A DNA stretch of 64,000 nucleotides from an uncultured Gemmatimonadales bacterium (lineage in GTDB: Bacteria; Gemmatimonadota; Gemmatimonadetes; Longimicrobiales; Gaopeijiaceae). Below the pieces are notes generated by a model, which saw only the letters and a list, made by a program, of their open reading frames with translations, searched no databases and was not told the origin of the DNA. Numbering within the stretch: position 1 is the stretch's first letter; the number at the start of each line of letters is the position of its first letter. The position numbers and the translations under genes were made by a program. This document shows, piece by piece, positions 31,164 to 45,150 of this stretch. The stretch covers positions 32,001-96,000 of the forward strand of contig CAWGKG010000008.1 in assembly GCA_963823035.1 (NCBI GenBank). The letters run 5' to 3'.

Positions 31164-32813
31164 TCACGACCTGGGCCGGCTCCGCATCCCCTCCACCGTG
31201 GGACGGACGTCCGCGTTGGCGAGGTCCCAACTCGTCCGATGCACGAGCCGCACGATGCGGGTCATCTTCTCGTAGTTGATCCGGTCCGCGTCGTCGCGTG
31301 GGGTGTGGTAGTCCGGGTGCAGGCCGGTGTGGAACCAGACCCCCGGCACGCCGTTCTGGAGGAACGGCCAGTGGTCGCTGCGCCGCAGCAGGTTCGACTC
31401 GTTGTTGTCGTACCGCATGCGCAGCGTGAGGCCGTACGGGTCGTCGGCCGCCTGGATGGCGGCGGCCAGGTCGGGCGAGCGACTGTATCCGAGGATGTTC
31501 ACCGCGTTCGCGTTCGACTCTGCGCTCTGCGGCTCGAGCCCCCTGAACCTCCCGCCCCCGTCGGCGGGGACCTCTTCGTTGCGTCCGATCATGTCCATGT
31601 TCAGGACCGCAACCGTTCGCGGGAGGGGGAAGAGCGGCCGCAGCGTGTAGAACCACGCGCCCAGCAGGCCACGCTCCTCCGCGTCCCAGACGGCGAACAT
31701 CACCGAGCGGCGCGGCAGGTCGCCGTGCTCCGCGGCCTGCGCGTAGGCTGCCGCCACCGCCATCACGCCCACCGTGCCGGAGCCGTCGTCGTCCGCTCCG
31801 TTGTAGACGTCGACGCTGTCCGCGCCGTTGTGGTCGTAGTGGCCGCTGACGATCACGACCTCGTTCGTCAGCTCGGGGTCGGAGCCCTCGATCATCGCGA
31901 GGATGTTGCGACCCGGCGTCCCATGTCGATCGACCGCCGTGGACAGGTCCACGCGCGCCCCACGCAACGCGACGACGCCCAGGCCTCCCTCGGCCGAGTC
32001 CGACGCGGCGGCCAGCTCACCGAGCGTGCGGCCGCTCCCGCCCACCAGCGCCTCGGCGAGCGCGGTCGAGATGCGCGCACCGGGAATCGTGATGTCCTCG
32101 GCCCAGTCCCCCAGGGTGAAGCGCTCGATGCGGCGAGGGGAGTCCGGCCAGGCGCCCTGGTGGATCCGGCTCCAGTCCTCCACCACGGTGTCGGGGGGCG
32201 CCCAGCGCACCAGCAGCATGCCCACCGCCCCGCGCTCCTGCGCGGCGAGTGCCTTCCGCCATGGCCGGCTGGCCTCGGCGGTCACGACGCCGTCGAAGGG
32301 GCTCGCGGGATCGGCGGCGCCCGGCTCCCCCTCGAGCGCGAGGACGATCCTCCCGCGCACGTCCTTTCCCTGGTAGTCGTCCCACTCGAGGCGCGGCTCC
32401 ACGATGCCGTAGCCGACGAAGACGACGTTCCCGGCGGCGGACGCGGTGCCGGCGAAGTCCGCCGGCGTCCAGCCGTTGCCGGGCTCCCTCGCCCGACCCG
32501 CGCCGGAGACCGTCAGCCGGTTGCCCTCCCCGAGGGAGAACCACACGAGGTCGAAGCGCTGATCGAAGCCGCCGTTGTCACCGGCGGGCTCGAGACCGAG
32601 CGACTGGAAGCGGGCGCGGATCCAGTCGCCCGCCTGCTCGATCTCGGGGGTCCCCACCAGGCGGCCGCGCATGGAGTCGGCGGAGAGCGCGTGCAGGTCG
32701 GCCGAGAGCCGCGCCTCGGTGATCGTATCGTTGCCGGGCGCACCGCCATCCGAGCAGGCGACCGGGACGAAGGCGAGCGCGAGCAGGACGATGCGGAGGT
32801 CGGGACGGCGCAT
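31164..32813 (-). CDS. M28 family metallopeptidase lipoprotein with PA domain
   Basis: Lipobox VAC; SGHYDH, NGADDDGSG, AEERGLLG, NMDMIGR, SDHWPF, DYHTP. Confidence 0.92.
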   Translation of the reverse strand: MRRPDLRIVLLALAFVPVACSDGGAPGNDTITEARLSADLHALSADSMRGRLVGTPEIEQAGDWIRARFQSLGLEPAGDNGGFDQRFDLVWFSLGEGNRLTVSGAGRAREPGNGWTPADFAGTASAAGNVVFVGYGIVEPRLEWDDYQGKDVRGRIVLALEGEPGAADPASPFDGVVTAEASRPWRKALAAQERGAVGMLLVRWAPPDTVVEDWSRIHQGAWPDSPRRIERFTLGDWAEDITIPGARISTALAEALVGGSGRTLGELAAASDSAEGGLGVVALRGARVDLSTAVDRHGTPGRNILAMIEGSDPELTNEVVIVSGHYDHNGADSVDVYNGADDDGSGTVGVMAVAAAYAQAAEHGDLPRRSVMFAVWDAEERGLLGAWFYTLRPLFPLPRTVAVLNMDMIGRNEEVPADGGGRFRGLEPQSAESNANAVNILGYSRSPDLAAAIQAADDPYGLTLRMRYDNNESNLLRRSDHWPFLQNGVPGVWFHTGLHPDYHTPRDDADRINYEKMTRIVRLVHRTSWDLANADVRPTVEGMRSRPRS

Positions 32814-32889
32814 GGAGTCGATCTCCTGGGAAGGGCTCGGGCGTGCAACATGCGCCGGGGCCGGTCGGCACGCGAGGTCCCCGCCCGAC

Positions 32890-33405
32890 TCAGCCGCCCC
32901 GGATCCTCTTCGTCAGCGCGGGCACGACACCCATCACGCGTGCCGCCAGCGCGAGCTGACCGCAGTGGTAGTACTCGTGCGCGACGGCGTGCCCGAACCA
33001 GGCCAGGCGCGTGCCGGGGAGCCCGTCGAAGCGGTGGATGTGCTGCAGCATGTGCAGCTCGCCGGCCTCCCTGAACGCCGCATCCAGGTCGCGGTGCGTG
33101 TCGCGCAGGAGCGCGAGCTGCTCCTCCTTCGAGCCCCCACGCGCCAGCCCGGCCGCGTGCTGCGCGATCAGCGTGGGGTAGGGGGCGCGCCGGAAGTCGC
33201 CGTCGTCGCGCAACAGCTCCTTCATCAGCAGCCCGGACTCCAGGATGTGGTCCACGAGCTCGCGCACGGTGCGGAAGCCCTCCGCGGGACGCCCGTCGAA
33301 GCCCTCCTCCGGGAGGTTCTTCACCTCGGCGATCACGCCCGCGCGTACGCCCTCCCACCCTTCGAGGGCCTCCTCCATCAGGTCGCGGTATGCGGGCCGT
33401 GTCAT
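32890..33405 (-). CDS. DinB-family protein
   Basis: TVRELVDHI and HEYYHCGQL His triad pattern. Confidence 0.8.
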   Translation of the reverse strand: MTRPAYRDLMEEALEGWEGVRAGVIAEVKNLPEEGFDGRPAEGFRTVRELVDHILESGLLMKELLRDDGDFRRAPYPTLIAQHAAGLARGGSKEEQLALLRDTHRDLDAAFREAGELHMLQHIHRFDGLPGTRLAWFGHAVAHEYYHCGQLALAARVMGVVPALTKRIRGG

Positions 33406-33409
33406 GATG

Positions 33410-34840
33410 TCACCTCCTCGTGGGTCGATACCGATGCAGGACACTATTCTCGGCCGGCGCCCCCGCCCACACCAGCTCGGGGAGCAGCTCCGACTGCAGC
33501 GCGCACATGCGATCCACCAGCTCGATCGCCTGTCGGTGCGAGTGGCAGGTGGGGTCGAGGAGGAGCGCCTGCAGCAGCTTGTCCCTGGAGCCTTCGACGA
33601 ACGCTTCCACGAGGAGGACGGAGATGCTGACCTGCGTCCGCAGGATGGCGGCGATGCCCTCCGGGAGCGGCGACATCTCGCGGGGCCTCAGCCCGTCGGC
33701 GTCCACGGTGGCCGGGACCTCGACGATGGCGCCGTCCGGGAGGTTGGGGATCCAACCGGCGTTCGGGACGTTCACCGCCGCGAGGTCGTGACGCATGCCC
33801 AGCGCCAGCCCCTCCATGATGGGGATGGCCAGCTCCCCGGACGGGAGGATGTGATCGCCGGTCTGACCCTCGCGGTCCTCACGGGCGGCGCGGATGCGCG
33901 ACGGGTGCTCGTCCCAGAACAGCTTCGTCTCGGTGGGGGCGTCCTGGAGGTTGTAGATCCAGGTCGGGACCTTCCCACCCTCCCAGGGATGGCCCTCGCG
34001 GGGGTCGTAGTAGAACTGGAGCTTGTCGCTGGCGAGGAATTCCTCGGCCCAGCGGATGTACTCCCCCGTATGGTTCGCGCCGGGCGACGGGTAGAGCCCG
34101 AAGGTGCGCATCAGCGTGCGCTGCAGGGCGATGTCGTCCCAGTCGCTCAGCCAGTGCGCCTCCCGCTCCCGGGCACGCAGCCTCGGGTAGAGGTCCTCGC
34201 CCGTGGCACGACTGCGGATGTCCTGGAACCAGGTGATGTGGTTGAGGCCGCAGGCGTACGCCTCGAGGTCCTCCTCGGGGTGGCCGAGCAGGCGGCACAC
34301 CTGCTCGCGACCGTGCACGAAGCCGTGGCAGAGACCCACCACCTTCGTCGAGGTGAGGCGGACCTGCGCCTCGCACAAGCGCGTGAGCGGGTTGGTGTAG
34401 TTGAGCAGCCAGGCGTCGGGGCATGCCCGCTCCATCGCGCGGGCGATGTCGACGGACGGGCCCATGTTCCTGAGCGCGTGGAAGAGCCCGCCCGGACCGC
34501 CGTTCTCCCCGTAGATCTGGCGGAAGCCATAGGTGCGCGGGACGTGGAAGTCCTGCGCCCACCAGGGGTAGCGGTCGATCTCGATCGCCATGACGACGAA
34601 GTCGGCTCCGTCGAGCGCGCGCCCGAGCTCGGTGGTGGTCTCGACCCGGTGGCTTCGCCCGAGCCGTTCGCCGATTCCTGCCGCGTACGCGCGGTTGCGC
34701 TCCAGCCCTTCGCCGTGGAGGTCCATGAGGACGACGTGCACGTCGGCGTCGCCGAGCGCGTCGCTCAGGTAGATGTCGCGGAGGGTGGCGGGGCCGAATT
34801 CCCGGCTGCCGGCGCCGACCAGAACGATTCTCAGGCTCAT
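33410..34840 (-). CDS. GH4 NAD-dependent alpha-glycosidase (alpha-galactosidase-like)
   Basis: IVLVGAGS, ALDGADFV, GENGGPGG, LNYTNP, GLCHG, GLNHITW, VEVPA. Confidence 0.9.
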   Translation of the reverse strand: MSLRIVLVGAGSREFGPATLRDIYLSDALGDADVHVVLMDLHGEGLERNRAYAAGIGERLGRSHRVETTTELGRALDGADFVVMAIEIDRYPWWAQDFHVPRTYGFRQIYGENGGPGGLFHALRNMGPSVDIARAMERACPDAWLLNYTNPLTRLCEAQVRLTSTKVVGLCHGFVHGREQVCRLLGHPEEDLEAYACGLNHITWFQDIRSRATGEDLYPRLRAREREAHWLSDWDDIALQRTLMRTFGLYPSPGANHTGEYIRWAEEFLASDKLQFYYDPREGHPWEGGKVPTWIYNLQDAPTETKLFWDEHPSRIRAAREDREGQTGDHILPSGELAIPIMEGLALGMRHDLAAVNVPNAGWIPNLPDGAIVEVPATVDADGLRPREMSPLPEGIAAILRTQVSISVLLVEAFVEGSRDKLLQALLLDPTCHSHRQAIELVDRMCALQSELLPELVWAGAPAENSVLHRYRPTRR

Positions 34841-34954
34841 GGCGACAGTTTGCCGTTCCGGCCGGGCTCGCGTAAGGGGTCTGCCGCACTTTCCAACGCG
34901 ACCGGGACGGTCTATCGTCAGGCAACGGGTAGAGGAGTCGCGTTGGAGGACATC

Positions 34955-35434
34955 ATGAAGCGCGTCGTCGGCTTCGTCCTCAACGGGGATCCCGCCGAGC
35001 TCGACGTGGATCCGCGTCGAAGACTTCTCTGGGTGCTCAGAAGCGACCTTCAACTCACCGGAACCAAGTACGGTTGCGGCGAGCAGCACTGTGGGGCCTG
35101 TACCGTGCTGGTCGATGGCCGCCCCATCCTGTCCTGCGCCGTTCCGGTCTCGTCCGTCGAGGGGCGCGACGTCGTCACCATCGAGGGCCTCGCGCAGGGA
35201 TCCGTGCTGCATCCCGTGCAGCGTGCGTTCGCCGAGAACGACGCCCTGCAATGCGGCTACTGCACGCCGGGGATGATCCTCGGCTCCGTGGCCCTGCTGC
35301 GCCGTAACCCGACCCCCTCGGACGGCCAGATCCGCGCGGCGCTCGAGCGGCACCTCTGTCGATGCGGCTCGCACGTCCGTGTGCTGCGCGCGGTCCAGGA
35401 AGCGGCGCGCGCGATGCAGGAGGCGGCCCGATGA
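34955..35434 (+). CDS. 2Fe-2S small subunit of molybdenum hydroxylase (IorA/CoxS-like)
   Basis: GTKYGCGEQHCGACTV, QCGYCTPG, LCRCG. Confidence 0.92.
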   Translation: MKRVVGFVLNGDPAELDVDPRRRLLWVLRSDLQLTGTKYGCGEQHCGACTVLVDGRPILSCAVPVSSVEGRDVVTIEGLAQGSVLHPVQRAFAENDALQCGYCTPGMILGSVALLRRNPTPSDGQIRAALERHLCRCGSHVRVLRAVQEAARAMQEAAR

Positions 35435-37510
35435 CCACGCGGCGCGCGTTCCTGAGGATCAGTGGAGGCGGGATCATCGTCCTCTGCGGCGTCGACCTCG
35501 CGAGCCTGGGCGAGCGGCTGGGCGCCCAGGAGGTATCCCGAGGACTTCAACGCCTACCTGAGGATCGACGAGGACGGACGCGTCACGCTGTTCACCGGGA
35601 AGGTCGAGATGGGCCAGGGCGTGTACACCTCGCTCCCGCAGATGCTCGCGGACGAGCTGGACGTTCCGCTGGCCATGGTCGATCCCGTCCTCGGCGACAC
35701 GGATCTGTGCCCGTGGGACCCGGGCACGAACGGCTCCCGTGCGATCCGCTTCTTCGGCCCGGCGCTGCGGCAGGCGGCGGCGACCGCGCGGCAGGTGCTG
35801 CTGGAGCTTGCGAGCGAGCGGCTCGGCGTGCCCGTGGAGCGGCTGGCGACCCGTGACGGCGTGGTCTACGTGGCGAGTGCGCCCGGACGATCGGCGACGT
35901 ACGGCGAGCTGGCGCGCGGACGGCGCATCGAACGGGTGGCGCGCGGTGACGTCCTGCTGGAGGCCCACGCCGCGCGCACGGTGAGCGGCGTACCCACACC
36001 GCGCACGGACACCATGCTCAAGGTGACGGGGAAGGCGCGGTACACCGCGGACCTGCGACCGCCGGACGTGCTGCACGCCAAGCTGCTCCGTCCGCCGGCG
36101 CACGGCAGCCGGCTGGTGGAGGCGGATACGAGCAAGGCCGAGGCGGTCGAGGGGGCGCAGGTGGTGCGGGACGGCGACCTCCTCGCGGTGCTGCACGAGC
36201 ACCCGGACGTGGCACAGGCCGCTCTGGATCTCGTGCGGGCCGTGTGGGAGTCACCCGAGGGAGGTGTCGACGACGACACGCTCTGGGCGCACCTGGAGGG
36301 CACCGATGCCCACGTGCAGGTGGTGAGCACACAGGGGAGCGTCGAGCAGGGCCGCGCGAGCTCCACGCGGGTGGAGGAGCGCACCTACCGCGCACGCTAC
36401 GTGGCGCACGCCCCGCTCGAACCGCATGCGGCGGTGGCGTCCGTCAAGGACGATCGCGCGACGATCTGGGCATCCACGCAGACGCCCTTCCCCCTGCGCG
36501 ACGAGATCGCCGACGTCCTGGGTTGGGACGCCGACCAGGTGCGCGTTCTCACGCCCTTCGTGGGGGGCGCTTTCGGAGGCAAGAACTACAACCAGCAGGC
36601 CGTCGAAGCCGCCCGCCTCTCGCGGGCCGCGCGGGCCCCCGTGAGCGTGGCGTGGAGCCGGCGCGAGGAGCTCTTCTACGACAACTTCCGCCAGGCCGCG
36701 GTCGTGCGCGTCGCCGCCGGGCTGGGCGCTGACGGCAGGCTGGCGTTCTGGAGCTTCGCGAACGTGCAGGGCGCCACGCGGGGCGCCCGCCCCGTGTACG
36801 ACGTCGCAGACCATCACGTCACCTTCCAGGGCAGCGCGAGCCGTCACCCGCTCGCCACCGGCGCGTGGCGGGCCCCCGGCGCCAACGTGAACCACTTCGC
36901 GATCGAGTCGCACATCGACGTCATGGCCTCGGCGGCGGGGAGGAGTCCCCTGGACTTCCGCATGGACCATCTCCGGGACGACCGGATGCGGCGCGTTCTG
37001 CGCGCCGTGGCGGATCGGTGCGGGATGGAGCTGCGCCCCGCGCCCACCGGCCGGGGCGTCGGGCTCGCCTGCGGCGTCGACGCGGGCACGTACGTCGGCG
37101 CGTGGGCCCAGGTGGAGGTGGACCCCGTGGACGGGACGGTGCGCGTCCGGCGCATTGTATGCGCGCAGGACATGGGGGAGGTGGTCAACCCCCGAGGGGC
37201 GACGCTCCAGGTGGAGAGCTGCCTGACCATGGGGCTCGGCTACGCGCTGAGCGAGGAGGTGCACTTCGGCGGCGGCGCGATCCTCGACGAGAACTTCGAT
37301 TCCTACCGGATCCCGAGGTTCTCCTGGGTTCCCGAGATCGAGGTGGAGTTGCTCGACAACCCGAGGATCGGGCCGCAGGGTGGTGGGGAGCCGGCCATCG
37401 TGATCGTGGGGGCCGTCGTCGCCAACGCGATCCACGACGCGCTCGGGGTACGCCTGTTCGAGCTGCCGATGACGCCCGCGCGCATCAGGAAGGCGATCGC
37501 GGAGGCGTGA
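35431..37510 (+). CDS. Molybdopterin-binding large subunit (IorB-like), Tat signal; frameshift near 35530
   Basis: MTTRRAFL, KVEMGQG, AHAPLEP, GGAFGGK, WRAPG, GGGEP. Confidence 0.88.
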
Positions 37511-39302
37511 CGGTCGGCGGGGCGCCGCGCTCGGTGAGGCGGAGCGTCGCCCAGCCGGCCGCGGCGCCCACCACCAGGAGGGTGATGCCGGAGGCGGGCC
37601 GGCCGACCAACACGTGCCCGATGCCGACGAGCCAGCCGTAGAGGAACGTCATCCCGGCGGCCCATCCCAGCCACCGGATGCGGGCGGGCGGCAGGCCGCT
37701 GTCCACCGAGCCGCAGCGGTCCGCAACCGGGCCCCACCACCCTCCGGGGCGCACCTTGAGGTAGAAGTGGTCGAGGCGCTCGGCGCGGTCCGGGGGGGTG
37801 AGCAGCGCCACCACGACCCAGAGGACGCTGCACGCCACGAGGATGAAGAGCGCGCGCAGGAAGTCCCAGTCGGAGCCGTAGAGCGCGCCGATGCGCTCCG
37901 TCGCGGCGACGGACAGGAGCCCGGTCGCGCGAGCCCATCCGATGAGCACGCGGCCGTTGGCCAGGAGGACCGACCCGGCCATGGCGGCGATCTCCGCCCA
38001 CGCGTTGACCCGCCACCAGTACCAGCGCAGCAGCCACACCAGCGCGACGCCGGACGTCAGCTCGATGACGTAGATCCATGCCCGCTCGATCGTGTCCATC
38101 TGCCAGGCGGTGAGCGCCGCCAGGACGACGAGCAGGACGACGGCGAAGCGCGAGGCGAGCACGTAGTGCCGCTCGTCCGCGTCGCGCTTCAGGAAGCGCT
38201 TGTAGACGTCGTTGACCAGGTACGACGCGCCCCAGCACAGGTGCGTGTCCATCGTGCTCATGAACGCAGCGAGGAAGCTGGCGACCATGAGCCCGCGCAG
38301 CCCGGCGGGCATGAGATGGGCGATCATCATCGGGTAGGCGAGCTCCGGGTCCGCGGCGAGCGCAGGCGTGGCGGACGCCACCGGGAGGATGAGCAGCGAG
38401 CCGAGGCCCACCACCACCCACGGCCAGGTCATGAGCACCGTGCCCGCCAACGCGAACCACAGCGCGGACAGGACGGACTGGCGCTCGTCGCGCGCGGCGA
38501 AGAGGCGCTGCGCCAGGTAGCCGTCGCCCTGCCCGCTCCGCGTCCACAGCAGCAGGATGAGGCAGAGGAGGGACGCGAACTCGAGGGGGCTCAGGTGCGC
38601 CGGGTTGGGGAGGACATCGAGCGTCGCGGCGCCCGCGTCGGGGAGCGCGCGGATGCCGTCGGCCATGGCGCGCGGACCGCCGACGCGCACGAGCACGACC
38701 CACGCGAGCACGAGCGAGCCCGTCATCCCCGCCACGAACTGCAGGAGATCGGTGACCACCACGCCCCAGAGCCCCGAGGCCACCGTGTACAGGAGGGCGA
38801 GCGCGACGCACACGGCCAGCGTCGCCTCCGGATTCCATCCCAGCAGCACCGAGCTGAACTTGACCATGGCCAGCATCACCCATCCCATCACCACGCAGTT
38901 CTTCAGGAGTCCCGAGTAGAGGGCGCTGAAGCCGCGCAGGGCGGAGGCCGGTCGGCCGGAGTAGCGCAGCTCGATGAGCTCGGCGTCGGTGAGGATCGAC
39001 GCGCGTCGCCACAGCTTCGCGTAGAAGAAGACGAGGAGCATGATCCCCGCCGACTCGTACCACCACAGCCAGTTCGCGTAGATGCCGCGCTGCCGAACGA
39101 GCGAGGCGGTGGCGAGGGGCGCATCCGTGGCGAACCACGTCGCGGCGATCGACGTGCCGGCGATCCACCACGGCAGCGTGCGGCCCGCGACGAAGTACTC
39201 CTCGAGGCTGCGCCCGGCGCGGCCGCTGAACCACAAGCCCAGCGTCATCGTCACGACGCCGTAGACGGCCACCACCACCCAGTCGGTCGTGACGAGCTGC
39301 AA
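37485..39302 (-). CDS. Sodium:solute symporter family transporter
   Basis: EYFVAGRTLPWW, GLWGVVVTD, YLAQR, AAFMSTMD, many TMs. Confidence 0.9.
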   Translation of the reverse strand: MQLVTTDWVVVAVYGVVTMTLGLWFSGRAGRSLEEYFVAGRTLPWWIAGTSIAATWFATDAPLATASLVRQRGIYANWLWWYESAGIMLLVFFYAKLWRRASILTDAELIELRYSGRPASALRGFSALYSGLLKNCVVMGWVMLAMVKFSSVLLGWNPEATLAVCVALALLYTVASGLWGVVVTDLLQFVAGMTGSLVLAWVVLVRVGGPRAMADGIRALPDAGAATLDVLPNPAHLSPLEFASLLCLILLLWTRSGQGDGYLAQRLFAARDERQSVLSALWFALAGTVLMTWPWVVVGLGSLLILPVASATPALAADPELAYPMMIAHLMPAGLRGLMVASFLAAFMSTMDTHLCWGASYLVNDVYKRFLKRDADERHYVLASRFAVVLLVVLAALTAWQMDTIERAWIYVIELTSGVALVWLLRWYWWRVNAWAEIAAMAGSVLLANGRVLIGWARATGLLSVAATERIGALYGSDWDFLRALFILVACSVLWVVVALLTPPDRAERLDHFYLKVRPGGWWGPVADRCGSVDSGLPPARIRWLGWAAGMTFLYGWLVGIGHVLVGRPASGITLLVVGAAAGWATLRLTERGAPPTVTPPRSPS

Positions 39303-39306
39303 GGCG

Positions 39307-42009
39307 TCAGCCGCCCTGGGAGATCAGGTTCGCCAGGATGCGGTACGCCCCCGCCACGCCGTAGGGAAGCTGGCGGTGGAGCGCGAGCGCCACGTACGTC
39401 CACCGTCCCGCGCCCGCGCGCGCGGTCAGCCAGACACCGTGCTGGGGAGGCTGTCCGGTGTCGTGCGTCTCCACCAGCGGCGTGTAGCCCCCGTCCCAGG
39501 TGGCGAAGAACTTGGAGCCGCGCTGCTCGATCCAGCCGTCGAAGTCTCCCGGGCCTATGCGGTTCGGGCCGGTGAGCAACGGGTCGTCGGGCGCGAGGAT
39601 CGCCACGGGTGCGTCCTCCTCGGACGTCTCCTCCGCGTCGTCCGGCAGCGTGGCCGGGAGCGGTGCCTCGGTACCGGGGTCGAACTCGGGCGTCTGGTAG
39701 AGGACGACCATGTTCCCGCCTCCCCGCACCCACCCCATCAGGCGCGGCGTCGCCGCCACCAGGTCGGGGCGCACGGCGTAGGCGCGGGTGCCGACGACGA
39801 TCGCGTCGTACGCCGACAGGTCGCCGGAGGCGAGCGCCGCCTCGTCGAGGAGGGTGACGCGGGCGCCCAACTCCTCGATGGCCTCGGGAACGGCGTCGCC
39901 CACACCCATCACGTATCCCACGGAGAGGTCGGGCGCCACCGCGACGTCGACCGGCACGACGGTGATCTGCGCCGGGTGGTAGAGGTAGCGCACGCCCAGG
40001 TCCCGGTGCCGGATGACCTCGTAGCCCTCGCGCCAGGTCGTCGTGTCGGTCCCGGCGACCAGGCGTGCCGAAGCTGCGAGCGTCCACCCGGCGCCGGTCC
40101 GCAGGCTCCCTCCGGCGGTCACGGAGAAGACGGCGGACGCGCGCTGCCCCGCGCCTGCGAGCCGGACGGGCACCGTCCGCGGCGTCGCGGTCCACCCTGC
40201 CGGGACGTCGAGCGACACGGTGGCGACGAGCGGCCGCGGGTCGGAGGACGCGACCTCGACCGCGACGTCGAACGGCTCGGGACGGCCGCCCGCGACGACG
40301 TGCACGGACGGCCGGGCGCGCAGCGACAGGCGGGGGACCACGGCCAGGCGGCGCTGGAGCACGCCGTAGGGCGCGTCGTTCTCGAGGGTGCGAACCTCGC
40401 TCGTGAGCGTGATGGGCACGCCGCCCGCCTCCACCGTGACGTCGGCGACCAGCAGGGGCGACGCCTCGGCCAGGCCGAGCATGGCGGAGTCCCGCACCTG
40501 GTAGGCGTTCTCGGCGATACCCGTGCGGAAGAACCAGGGGCGCGAGGGCCGGGCGTCGGGCGGGACGTGCACGGTGAGGGTCGCCTCCACCATCCCCCCC
40601 GCCGCCACCGCGCCCGGCGCGACGTCTCCCATGGTGCTCCATCCAGCGGGCGCACGGAGCGCGACCTCCACCAGACGCACGGCGCGCTCGCCGCCGTCGA
40701 CCAGCTGCAGATGGACGTCCATATCCCCACCGGGAACCACCGGGCCCATCGGCGTGTCCGGGTCCGCGCCGGGCGGCGTCGCGACGGCGCGGACGCGCAC
40801 GGCGAGCGCGGCGGCGAGCACGTCCGCGAGCTGGCGCTGCTTCACGGCGAGGTGGAAGGCCGCCTCGGAGCCGGCCGGGGTGGCCCGCGCCGTGGCGCGC
40901 AGGGCCCGGAGTGCGGCCAGGAGGTGATCCGCCACCACGCCCGTGCCGGCCATGCGGAACGCGCCCATGGCCGCCTCGATCTCGACCGCGGCCGTGCGCA
41001 GGCCCTCGACGGCCCCCGGCGGCGCCGTCTCGCCGAGGAGGTCGAAGAGACCGGGTAGCGTGGTGTCCAGACCGTCGAAGAGGCCTGCCTCGTGGGCGGG
41101 TTCGGCCTCGTCCTCCGGGATCAGGCGCTCGTAGCGCGCCGGTGCCCCGCCTCCGAAGGAGCGCGTGCGCCCGGCCGTCTGCGAGCGCTGCAGGGAGAGC
41201 CCGTGGGCGCCGATGTCGCGGTACGAGCGACCGAGCCAGGGGCTGCTCGTGCCCGGGTCCAGGGAGACCTGCCACGGCTCGCCCTCGAGGATCCGACCGC
41301 GGTACAGCTTCTTCACCGCCCAGGGGCGCAAGCCCTCGTCCGTGATCTGCTCCGGGAAGCGGCTCGGGTCTGCCGCGGCGCGCACCGCGAGGGGCGTCAG
41401 CACGCCCGCCGCCTGGTGGTGGCCGTGGCCGTCCCGCTCGCCGCCGTACCACCGCGAGATCACCACGAGCGGCCGGTTCATGCGGATCACGCGCACCATG
41501 TCGCCCAGAACGGCCTCGCGGTCCCAGCTGCGCAGGGCCTCGTCGAGGGTCTTGGAGTACCCGTAGTCCACCGCGGTGGTGAAGTACTGGTCGTCGAGGC
41601 CGTACCAGCGCCCCGCCAGTCGGAGCTCCTCGGTGCGCACGAGCCCCAGCGCGTCGAAGAGCTCGGCACCGAGGGCGTTGGCCCCGCCCTCGCCCCGGTT
41701 CACCGTGAGGAGGGCCGTGCGTACGCCCATGCCCCGGGAGAGGAGCGTGAGCACCCCCGACTCCTCGTCGTCGGGATGCGCCGTGGTGTAGAGGACGCTC
41801 GCGGTGGTGTGGACGTCGAGGAGCTTCTGCCAGAGGCCCTCCGCGCCTTCGTCCAGCGCGAGCGGCCCCCCGGGGCCTTCGTCGCCCGAGCGCGTCAGCA
41901 CCCGGTCCGGCGCCGCCTGGGCCCGCGCCCCTCCCGGGAGCGCCGCGACCGAGGCCAGCGCCACCGCCGCGAGAAGCCGGGACGCCGGGTGGCCGCGTTG
42001 CGTTTCCAT
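39307..42009 (-). CDS. PIG-L/LmbE-family deacetylase with C-terminal beta-sandwich and GATase-like domains
   Basis: TAHPDDE, RGEGG, LGLVRTEEL, DYGYSK, HGHHQ; signal peptide; GYVMGVGD. Confidence 0.88.
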   Translation of the reverse strand: METQRGHPASRLLAAVALASVAALPGGARAQAAPDRVLTRSGDEGPGGPLALDEGAEGLWQKLLDVHTTASVLYTTAHPDDEESGVLTLLSRGMGVRTALLTVNRGEGGANALGAELFDALGLVRTEELRLAGRWYGLDDQYFTTAVDYGYSKTLDEALRSWDREAVLGDMVRVIRMNRPLVVISRWYGGERDGHGHHQAAGVLTPLAVRAAADPSRFPEQITDEGLRPWAVKKLYRGRILEGEPWQVSLDPGTSSPWLGRSYRDIGAHGLSLQRSQTAGRTRSFGGGAPARYERLIPEDEAEPAHEAGLFDGLDTTLPGLFDLLGETAPPGAVEGLRTAAVEIEAAMGAFRMAGTGVVADHLLAALRALRATARATPAGSEAAFHLAVKQRQLADVLAAALAVRVRAVATPPGADPDTPMGPVVPGGDMDVHLQLVDGGERAVRLVEVALRAPAGWSTMGDVAPGAVAAGGMVEATLTVHVPPDARPSRPWFFRTGIAENAYQVRDSAMLGLAEASPLLVADVTVEAGGVPITLTSEVRTLENDAPYGVLQRRLAVVPRLSLRARPSVHVVAGGRPEPFDVAVEVASSDPRPLVATVSLDVPAGWTATPRTVPVRLAGAGQRASAVFSVTAGGSLRTGAGWTLAASARLVAGTDTTTWREGYEVIRHRDLGVRYLYHPAQITVVPVDVAVAPDLSVGYVMGVGDAVPEAIEELGARVTLLDEAALASGDLSAYDAIVVGTRAYAVRPDLVAATPRLMGWVRGGGNMVVLYQTPEFDPGTEAPLPATLPDDAEETSEEDAPVAILAPDDPLLTGPNRIGPGDFDGWIEQRGSKFFATWDGGYTPLVETHDTGQPPQHGVWLTARAGAGRWTYVALALHRQLPYGVAGAYRILANLISQGG

Positions 42010-42150
42010 GGAAGGCTCTCGGTGCGGCAGGGAATCGGCCGGGCGGGCCATCGGGGAGGGGTCGAAGTCGCCCCACCGTACCGTTCTCCGCGGGGGACGG
42101 TCAAGGCGGACGCGTTCCTCCCACTTCCCGGTCCATTTATCATCCACGCC

Positions 42151-45064
<2,914 letters not shown>

Positions 45065-45150
45065 CGACGAGGCGTCGCTTTGACGATCATGGTGAGCGTT
45101 CGCTCGGCCTTCCGGCCTCCACCCCCCACGATCACCTACCAGGACGCGCG

